In this document: piece after piece, positions 57,101 through 64,000 of the stretch | Position numbering within the stretch: the first letter of the stretch is position 1 | Layout: the number at the start of each line of letters is the position of its first letter | IMG/VR virus record: IMGVR_UViG_3300020474_000006 | Coordinates: 1-64,000 of that record | DNA length: 64,000 nucleotides | Strand: one strand, 5' to 3' | Origin: an uncultured virus (IMG/VR IMGVR_UViG_3300020474_000006) | Taxonomy: Duplodnaviria; Heunggongvirae; Uroviricota; Caudoviricetes; Kyanoviridae | Made by a program: the position numbers and the translations under genes | Notes under the pieces: model-generated | Told to the model about the DNA's origin: nothing | The model's input: only the letters and a program-made list of their open reading frames with translations | Database searches by the model: none

Positions 57101-60100
57101 CTCTTTGATCTGGTGGATTAGTTGTGGAACCAATAGGAGTATTTCCAAAAGGTGCTTCTACAAAATTAAGAACATTATCCACAACATTATAGTTTCCTGT
57201 AATTTTAGTAACTAAAGCATGAGTTCCAGCAGCGGCAACTTTAGTTCCCAACCATCCTCTGCGGACTTTTATGAAATTAGTGCTGCCGATACCAACACCT
57301 TCAATCTTCATAATCTCACTACCAACTCTGATTAGATCAGATCCAAAGAATGATGTTATTCCACTAAATTTAACTATGTTTTCAAAGATTGATGTATTAG
57401 TAGACAATCCTGTAGTTACTGAAGTAGCAACAATAGGAGATTGTATGAGGTTATCAATAGCAACCATAATCTTAGCATTCTGATTAGTTGCCACAAATCT
57501 ATGAGAAGTTCCAATACCAACACTTTCAAGTTCTACTATTTCAGGAACCTCTTTAAGTGCGTTTTCAGCACTAGCCGCAATCTTAATATTGTTATCGTCA
57601 ACCTTGACTGCAAAGATATTTTCTCCAGGTAAGAATGTTGTATTTGAAGCACCAACGAAAGATGTTGTAGCGATTCCAACAGCAGAGGAAGCAGTTCCAA
57701 CGTGAACATATTCAATCTTCTCACCACTTACAAAGAAGTGATTTGGAATAGTAATGGTATTACTTGTTACATTAACAATTGAACTATCATTACCAGTGAA
57801 GTATCTTTCAAAAATCTCATTATTTTCATGGGTTAGTCCAAATGCTCTCTTGATATCTGATTCGGTTCCTTCATAAGTTCCAAATTCTCCCCCAATAGAA
57901 GCGTTACTGAAAGTAATCGCAACTCCTAGGTTAGTGTCTTGATCAAGAGTAACTGCATTTTTAAATACAGTTACTTTCGTAGCAATACTTGCATTTGGAG
58001 TAAACAGAAGAGAGACCGTACCAGTGCTATCAATACTAGTTCCAAATGTTCCTAATCCAACACCAGTTTCAACATTACCATACTCAGTGAAATAGGTATC
58101 ATATGAATTTGTCGCATCAAGATAGTCATCAACAACAACTAATTCCGAAATCTGATATCTACCATTAGTTGTATCAGCAACCTGTGCTATGAAGTATGCA
58201 GAATCGTAATCATTACCGTATTGGGAGACAGTTGTAACTCCAGGAGTTCCCGAGGCAGAAATACTGGTTGTCCTTCCATCAATTTCAGCAAATTGCAATT
58301 TAGTTGTTCCAATTCCAGAAGTATTTTGAGACAATGCAACTTGAACGGTGTTCACTAAACATGTAGTAGCGATACCTACGCCAGGGTGGAAATCAATTTC
58401 CAAATTGCTTCCTGATATTGCCGCAGAGTAAGTTCCGAGTCCTACACCACCAGAGAAAGAGTCAAATCCCCCAGTAGTCAGTTGACCAAATTCAAGTAAC
58501 TCTACTGTAGTTCCATCATGAGTGACATTAAGTTCAACCATCTCAAATTTATCATTCTGTGTAGAATCTGGATTGATAGATACCAAAACTTTAGCAGAAT
58601 TATATGTACTCGCTATCGATACAATCGTAGAACTAGAACCAGAAGTGACTTCAGTGTTAGAAGTGTCTACTAAAACACCGCTGCCAAAATAAGTAACCCC
58701 AGTTCCTACAGTTGCTATACCACTAATATTGTAAGATAATGTAGTTACATTGTAGTCATTAATGGTAGATTTAGTCGGATAGAATAGCAATTGACCATCT
58801 GTTCCACTAACAGAGAAGTCAAAAGAACCTTGATCATATTGAGTTTCAATTCTTCCATATTGATTCATATATGCTTTTACGCCATCATGAACCAAATCCA
58901 CAATAAGAAGTTGTCTTTCCTGAGTATATCTCTTATCTCTAACATAAGTAACATATTTTAATGCTCTTGCATCAGAGAGACTGAATGTGTTAATAACACT
59001 AAACGGAGTTAATCTTGGTTCACTGTTAAATTCTCCACTAATATCATCAATAGAAAGAACCCTGTTTCCGACAGATTCAAAATAGTCCGTTAGGATTCTA
59101 TTGGTAAATATCATTTCGTCGGATATTGTTCCCGAGTTAATATTATTTTCTGTCACCAAATCAAAGTCAGCAACACAATTTAAATTACCAAATCCATTCA
59201 AATCATTTACTATATCTACAGATCCAAGTTCAGTAGACAGTCCAACTGACATTTGATTAGAATTTGTAGATTCTAACTGATAATCGGAGAATTTTTTATA
59301 TCCTAAAGTGTGGTTGGTTGATGAAACAACATCATTCCAAGTATCATATGGGACTTCGGATTTAAGAGAATATGAGAATTTTTGATAATAAAAATTGTCT
59401 TGAATTCTTTGAAGATTGTAGTTAAGTTCTCCAGAATCACTTTGCCATCCCCTAACAACTTTTGATGTTGCATCATATTCGAGATAAGTTTCAAATGAAG
59501 TTACAGAAGAAGCAATACTGACAACTCTAGATGATTTGCCAGTTATCTTTTCTCCAACTACGAAGTTGTCCTTGGAGGATACTCTAACGATAGATGTGAT
59601 AGGATTCCAATCTTCAACTACTCCAGTTGCAGATTCTGAGGTGACAGTTTCTCCTATAACGTAATTATTAAGAACTAAATCACTACTAAAGGTGGGGAAA
59701 TGTTTTTGTGCCGTTATTCTTGCAGTGGAATTTACAGCATCAAATTGACCTGGGAATTGATCTTCTTCAAAAAGATTGGACATATTGAATCTAACCGACC
59801 CAATTCCACCAAGATTAGGACTGACCTCAGTTAGTTCAAATAACTTATAAGCATATCCAGATGAATTGTAGTTTTGTCCTGTCGATCCAACTCCAACACT
59901 TACACTTTCAACTAGAACTTTATCGCCAACTGCAAATGGGAAACTATTTACCGTGCTAAATCCTACAGATAAAGTTACCAGTGCATCCTTAGTTGTAGGG
60001 AAATATTCAATTGTACTAATTCCTACTCCAGAATCAGTAAGTGTTGGAATAATTGTGGGACTTAAATTAGATAACCCATTTGTATTCTTTAAGATTTTGA

Positions 60101-63100
60101 CCTCAGAACTTCCAAGAGTCATCTTAAGATCTACATCAGTTACAGGTAACTTAGTCTTCCCATCGATTACAACTAGTTTTGGTGTTATGGAAAACCCTCT
60201 CCCAAAAGAAGTTATACCAACGGATTGTAATGTTGCTAATGGTTCAATACGAATCGATTGTGGAAAAAGCAATCTGGGGTTCAAAGTACTATCAGAAGGA
60301 AGATTGAATCCAATATCTTCAATGGAAACAGATTTCAAACTACCAATAGTAGAACTTTGTGCTTCTAAAATTGCTCCATCACCAGAGACACTATTAAGTG
60401 TAGAGATTCCTGGTAAAGCATAATAATTTTTACCTGGATTTATGATGTCAATTTTGGCGATTGAACCTTCAGTATGAGTACAATCTGTTTCATAAAATAT
60501 TTCAGATATAGTTGACGCATAAGATACGCTTTCTGGCAATTCGCTTAAATCATATAAGAAAGAAGTCGTAGACCCTACAATAAGTCTATGATTTCCATTA
60601 TATCCACTGCTTACGATTTTTAATTCATTCCCAGAAATAACATCATCATCAGTCGTTATTTCAGATTTAATAGATGGTAGACTTGCATTATAGACTAAAT
60701 CAAGTTTGTAGAAAAGACTCTCTGGTAAATTAGAATTTACCCGTAAAATAGATTCTCCACCGGCAGAACCAACTTGACCGAAAGATGAATATTCAAATAT
60801 TTTACTATCATCGGATTTATTCCAACGAATTTTGCAGTCTTTATCTTTATAAAGGTTTAATTCAAATGCCGGATAACTAGATCCCAATACGGAATATCCA
60901 AGAGAAGAATCGGAAAGATTAAAAGTAACTGTAGAATCTTTATATAATGATATTGGTGGATTGATTGGATTAATATTACCACCAGTTAATCCAGTGCTGG
61001 CAATTCCAACTGTGACTGGAATGTCTTTAGTGGCATCATAGTAAGTATTAGATAACTTAAAATTATTATCATCTACTCTAGAAATATAATAAATGTTTTC
61101 ATTAATTAATCCGTCAGAAACATCACTACCAATTCCGACATTATAAATTATTTTTTCTCCACCCTTAAACTTATGATCTGGAATATTAATCACTCCAGTT
61201 GATGTGTTAATTCCGGTAGAAGAAAATCCAAGAGGATTGAAAACAACATTTCTATTGTAATCATTATATTTTACGGTTATATTTTTGTTTGTTCTAGGAT
61301 TGACAAATATATCTACTCTATGTTTTGCACTGATTCCATGTGCTTCTGTTGTGTTTACGGTGACAGTATTCTTCTTTATTTCTCCAGTTATTACCGTATG
61401 ATTAGTGGTAAAACTATGAGAATTACCGACACCAACACCTTTAAAGAACAGCGTTGAAGACCCTCTATGTGAGGCAGCAACCCCGACAAAAGTTCCAGTA
61501 GTCCCAAGACCAACCCTAACTGTTGCAATTCCAATAAGGTCATCATCTACTCTAGCAACAAATACTTTATCTCCACTAGCAAGAGTTGTTCCTAAACCAA
61601 CATTAGTTTCATCTTGAACATAAAGACCTGTTCCACCATTCCCTGTAGAGTAAGTTAATTGATCTCCCGTTTTAAAACTATGATTTTTAAAATAAAGAGT
61701 TTTGGTTGGGATAAATTTTTGAGTGATGCCTGCACCTGGATTTGCAAAGGAAAGTGTAGATCCAATACCAATTCCAGCAGTAGTTCCTAATCCAACTGTT
61801 TCAGATGGATCAAAGTAAACCTCTTCATTTCTTGTAAATTTGTATGTTGAAGTAATACCAGTATTAATATCAAGATTTCTAGAATCCTCAATAAGAAACT
61901 TACCAATACTGTGTCCGGCAGAGACAGTTCCACTAACTGATCTTAAAACTCTCAATCTAGAGTTTTCAAAGTCTACATTAAGTACCTTTACTTTCTCTGT
62001 TCCAATACCCAAAACATCATTCACCTTAGTATTAAGAATATCACCAGTTACACTAAAGTAAGTAACTAATCCAGTTACCCCTTCAGTTCCAATTGCAACT
62101 GCGGTTGTTCCAACACCAGCAAGACGAAGTACGTTAGAAGAAATTCCTACTGAATATGTTCCCTCAATTCCACTGGCATTTGTGGAAAGTCCAGTAATTC
62201 TTATCACATCTAAGTTTTGGAACTCATGAGGATTATCGCAAACAACTTCATACTTTCCAGAAGATTTGGGATATATTTCTACCCCAGCAATAGAACTAGT
62301 TGCTACACTGATATTGGAAACTGGTTTACCTACTATCTTACTGATTCTAGCATAAGCACTATCTCCACTAGTTCTACTATTATTAAATACTAGAGTTTCG
62401 TTTACTTTATAATTACTTCCACCAGTTAAAATTCCAATAGAATCAATAGTTCCTGGAGAAGCAGCATTTATTTTTGCAGTTTGATTAAATTTATTTGGAA
62501 TAAACAGATATGGATACTCCTGGGTATCTTCAATTAAATTGAGTGGATTAGTATTTCTTCTTAAATCGCTTGTCTGAAAATTAAATTGATCTTGATTTGA
62601 TGAAGGATCGAAATTAAATTTATCCGGAATGGAGTAATAATTTTCTCCAATAATATATGGAAAAACCGGTTTTTTGTATTTTTCAAATACTCCAGATGCT
62701 TCGGTCTGCAAATTATTGACCGTCATATAATATGCATAAGTTCCATTGGGATAATCTGGAGTTACTCCAAATCTTCCGTTATTTTCATCAAGGGTTGAAA
62801 CATCAGTAGTTTTAGTATGAGTATAATCTTCAACAAAGAATCCTTCAGGATAAATTGAAAGGGGTGGTCTTCCTGATTTTAAATCAAGAGCATATCCAGA
62901 TTTTAATTGAGTTACTGCACCGCCAGTTTGTGTAGTATATCCATATGGACCATATATTGGGTTACCATCATATGCAAATCCTAATATGGGGGAATGCTGC
63001 TGAGAGTCCACTTCAATACTACTAACTTTACGAAGATCACTTTCTCCATATAAGACATTTCCTTCTGAGTTAACAGAATATGTACTTTCTCTTAAAACTC

Positions 63101-63998
63101 TGGGGGGATAAAGATGAAAATACTGGAGTTCATAATTTGAAGGTGATACTACACCGTCATCTTTAGTAAAGAATGGGGAATTTTTCTCAAAAAGATTTAC
63201 TCTCCACTTTTTAAGATTAGAATAGAATGCTGGTTGATTTTCAGTTTCAGAGTTAGTTTCAATATTGATTATAGTATCCGATTCATCATATCCACCACCA
63301 GGTTCTAAAACTCTAATTTCTGAAAGAGATTCATTTGCAATAATAGGAATTAAGACTGCACCAACACCAGAACCAACAATTCTAAGATCTGGTGTTGATT
63401 TATATCCAGTCCCAGAATTTAAAACTACAACTTGCGTAATCTTTCCATTACTAATGATTGGTTTTACTTGGGCATTTTTTCCACTACTAATCGTAATGGT
63501 TGGTTGACGATCGTAATTTAGTATTTCTGAAGATCCATAACCAACTCCCTCATTTTCAATATGAACTGAAGAAATTTGACCTCTAACTATTGGTTGAACA
63601 TTTGCTTTAAAAGTTTCTGTTCCAATAGATGATATTCCAACTTCTCCAATCAAAGTTGCGGTAATATCTGGATAATTAAAAACATGTGTTCCCACACCAA
63701 CAGATTTAATATCTTCATACTGCTTAGTTCTATAATAAAACTCCTTATCTGAACTAACACCAACTGCGGAAAGTCTAAAAGAATCAGTATCCCTACTGGT
63801 TACATAATATTCAGTATTATTTGTAAGACCCTCTGCAACAGAACCTACTACAGTATATTTAATTTTTTCGCCATTTTGATAACCATGATTTTTAATCGTA
63901 ATTACATTTGAGGAAGTATTGATTCCTGTTACATGTGTTGTTCTCTTCTTCGTTTCATAATCACTTCCCCCATTAACAATATTGACAGAAGATACAAC
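54129..63998 (-). CDS. gp7: giant baseplate wedge protein (cyanophage gp7-like), 5' truncated
   Basis: The frame stays open from 63695 to the window edge (VVSSVNIVNGGSDYE..), so the protein has at least 3289 aa. IQDNFYYQKFSYSLKS..HTLG motif; immediately upstream of gp8. Confidence 0.85.
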   Translation of the reverse strand, partial: VVSSVNIVNGGSDYETKKRTTHVTGINTSSNVITIKNHGYQNGEKIKYTVVGSVAEGLTNNTEYYVTSRDTDSFRLSAVGVSSDKEFYYRTKQYEDIKSVGVGTHVFNYPDITATLIGEVGISSIGTETFKANVQPIVRGQISSVHIENEGVGYGSSEILNYDRQPTITISSGKNAQVKPIISNGKITQVVVLNSGTGYKSTPDLRIVGSGVGAVLIPIIANESLSEIRVLEPGGGYDESDTIINIETNSETENQPAFYSNLKKWRVNLFEKNSPFFTKDDGVVSPSNYELQYFHLYPPRVLRESTYSVNSEGNVLYGESDLRKVSSIEVDSQQHSPILGFAYDGNPIYGPYGYTTQTGGAVTQLKSGYALDLKSGRPPLSIYPEGFFVEDYTHTKTTDVSTLDENNGRFGVTPDYPNGTYAYYMTVNNLQTEASGVFEKYKKPVFPYIIGENYYSIPDKFNFDPSSNQDQFNFQTSDLRRNTNPLNLIEDTQEYPYLFIPNKFNQTAKINAASPGTIDSIGILTGGSNYKVNETLVFNNSRTSGDSAYARISKIVGKPVSNISVATSSIAGVEIYPKSSGKYEVVCDNPHEFQNLDVIRITGLSTNASGIEGTYSVGISSNVLRLAGVGTTAVAIGTEGVTGLVTYFSVTGDILNTKVNDVLGIGTEKVKVLNVDFENSRLRVLRSVSGTVSAGHSIGKFLIEDSRNLDINTGITSTYKFTRNEEVYFDPSETVGLGTTAGIGIGSTLSFANPGAGITQKFIPTKTLYFKNHSFKTGDQLTYSTGNGGTGLYVQDETNVGLGTTLASGDKVFVARVDDDLIGIATVRVGLGTTGTFVGVAASHRGSSTLFFKGVGVGNSHSFTTNHTVITGEIKKNTVTVNTTEAHGISAKHRVDIFVNPRTNKNITVKYNDYNRNVVFNPLGFSSTGINTSTGVINIPDHKFKGGEKIIYNVGIGSDVSDGLINENIYYISRVDDNNFKLSNTYYDATKDIPVTVGIASTGLTGGNINPINPPISLYKDSTVTFNLSDSSLGYSVLGSSYPAFELNLYKDKDCKIRWNKSDDSKIFEYSSFGQVGSAGGESILRVNSNLPESLFYKLDLVYNASLPSIKSEITTDDDVISGNELKIVSSGYNGNHRLIVGSTTSFLYDLSELPESVSYASTISEIFYETDCTHTEGSIAKIDIINPGKNYYALPGISTLNSVSGDGAILEAQSSTIGSLKSVSIEDIGFNLPSDSTLNPRLLFPQSIRIEPLATLQSVGITSFGRGFSITPKLVVIDGKTKLPVTDVDLKMTLGSSEVKILKNTNGLSNLSPTIIPTLTDSGVGISTIEYFPTTKDALVTLSVGFSTVNSFPFAVGDKVLVESVSVGVGSTGQNYNSSGYAYKLFELTEVSPNLGGIGSVRFNMSNLFEEDQFPGQFDAVNSTARITAQKHFPTFSSDLVLNNYVIGETVTSESATGVVEDWNPITSIVRVSSKDNFVVGEKITGKSSRVVSIASSVTSFETYLEYDATSKVVRGWQSDSGELNYNLQRIQDNFYYQKFSYSLKSEVPYDTWNDVVSSTNHTLGYKKFSDYQLESTNSNQMSVGLSTELGSVDIVNDLNGFGNLNCVADFDLVTENNINSGTISDEMIFTNRILTDYFESVGNRVLSIDDISGEFNSEPRLTPFSVINTFSLSDARALKYVTYVRDKRYTQERQLLIVDLVHDGVKAYMNQYGRIETQYDQGSFDFSVSGTDGQLLFYPTKSTINDYNVTTLSYNISGIATVGTGVTYFGSGVLVDTSNTEVTSGSSSTIVSIASTYNSAKVLVSINPDSTQNDKFEMVELNVTHDGTTVELLEFGQLTTGGFDSFSGGVGLGTYSAAISGSNLEIDFHPGVGIATTCLVNTVQVALSQNTSGIGTTKLQFAEIDGRTTSISASGTPGVTTVSQYGNDYDSAYFIAQVADTTNGRYQISELVVVDDYLDATNSYDTYFTEYGNVETGVGLGTFGTSIDSTGTVSLLFTPNASIATKVTVFKNAVTLDQDTNLGVAITFSNASIGGEFGTYEGTESDIKRAFGLTHENNEIFERYFTGNDSSIVNVTSNTITIPNHFFVSGEKIEYVHVGTASSAVGIATTSFVGASNTTFLPGENIFAVKVDDNNIKIAASAENALKEVPEIVELESVGIGTSHRFVATNQNAKIMVAIDNLIQSPIVATSVTTGLSTNTSIFENIVKFSGITSFFGSDLIRVGSEIMKIEGVGIGSTNFIKVRRGWLGTKVAAAGTHALVTKITGNYNVVDNVLNFVEAPFGNTPIGSTTNPPDQRDYVGITTSSTFQGRSFIRSGITGGSNNSYNKNYIFDNINDQFNGTTNQFTLEQSSSNITGITNENAIILINDIFQVPSSDKDYVLSENSGITSVTFNGTSPQTPLGPDVGISSFPKGGIIVSVGSTEGFGYQPLVAAGGTAVVSSAGTITSVSIGNSGSGYRSGIQTNVSVGVRLPDVSGSTVIPVGIASISAGNITSVAITTDRVFYAPRSISNVGYNSITGLTTVTTSTAHGLSFGEEIIVSGIAFTCDYSGSGPVNVSNAIYDNISGIMTVTTSSAHNLSTTGQKSDVILTGLAFTCGLDGGSSTHVYPRTTDPAYCGSKVTSVPSTTEFVINVGVSTVPTFYQSGGVAQPALIAPRVSNNSASGFDPASQGSSVLRIIDSTNFEINTGVSTRTHFYARCGTVKKPIDIVIDDPTAYSNMRLFYSSSSAAGVGTEATIDVVVGNGSSVIDFQIDNTGYGYRDGAILTVAIGGTTGIPTTSSYSGNEFQVTVDEIADDKFAGWSVGTLQVLDNIEDLIDGARKDFPLKLNGAITSIVSSPGSKIDVQDVLIIFVNDILQEPGVGYEFTGGSTLTFTEALKIGDIVTIIFYKGNGDSDVIFRDVIETVKKGDTLQLKHMAGSQAQSLDEDERSVLNVLSTGNVATNPYFGPGNTNDVTLERPVTWCRQTEDKIIDGIPTGKDRELYEPIINPTAYIIKNVGVGSTAVYVDSLRPLFNPQNEAADLQFQDKIKFIAQEPKVGASATAVVSGFGTISSVVISDGGVGYSTATVSFGYTSASRAFGTVTISAGGTVTGVAITSPGVGYTYTSVPTVLISPPGHTEEACSVNTYSGDNGIVVGFGTTAGPKFIFDIHIPYDSFLRNTVVAGTAVTITSIQANDYFMIKKSNVGMGNTFDGIYEVSNVETLTRDVVGISTTVKRLFVDATAVPSGYSTGITTSDTGFGNFSWGRIDVSSRDLTSSYTAYTSGITTSTRVVRTNFLKSKNYTANS

Positions 63999-64000
63999 AG

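Noticed and set aside
63693..63695. GTG start of gp7 given by the ORF track
   Set aside because: The frame is open to the window edge; the true start lies outside the window.
1..64000. tRNA genes or stop-codon reassignment
   Set aside because: No cloverleaf in the short intergenic gaps; core genes are full-length under the standard code.

Overview
This window is 64 kb of a T4-like cyanomyovirus (Kyanoviridae-type), probably infecting marine Synechococcus or Prochlorococcus. Almost all genes lie on the minus strand. In transcription order (right to left) it carries the structural module: gp7 (truncated by the window edge), gp8, a 2514-aa virion protein, gp13-16, two large inserted genes, gp17-23 and gp3. 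The replication/recombination module follows: uvsY, uvsW, gp55, gp47, gp46, a VWA-peptidase/CobS pair, gp45, gp44, dam, gp62, regA, hsp20, gp43, uvsX, gp41 and the start of a probable mazG. Accessory genes include purC, speD, a SAM-fold protein, a sulfotransferase, a 2OG-Fe(II) hydroxylase, a DenV-like protein and a free-standing HNH endonuclease. Main observations: (1) a 562-aa modular protein between gp16 and gp17 whose modules are separated by gp21-protease-like sites, a candidate packaged polyprotein; (2) an RNA-regulation cluster around regA-hsp20-purC, with a ROSE-like thermometer, two candidate late small RNAs (one a pseudoknot) and a counter-oriented two-gene insert; (3) four Sm/Hfq-like paralogues; (4) overlapping divergent sigma70 promoters at gp55; (5) a recurrent box about 30 nt upstream of three -10 elements. 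I saw no tRNA, rRNA or CRISPR array. All calls come from motif recognition by eye; no searches were run.
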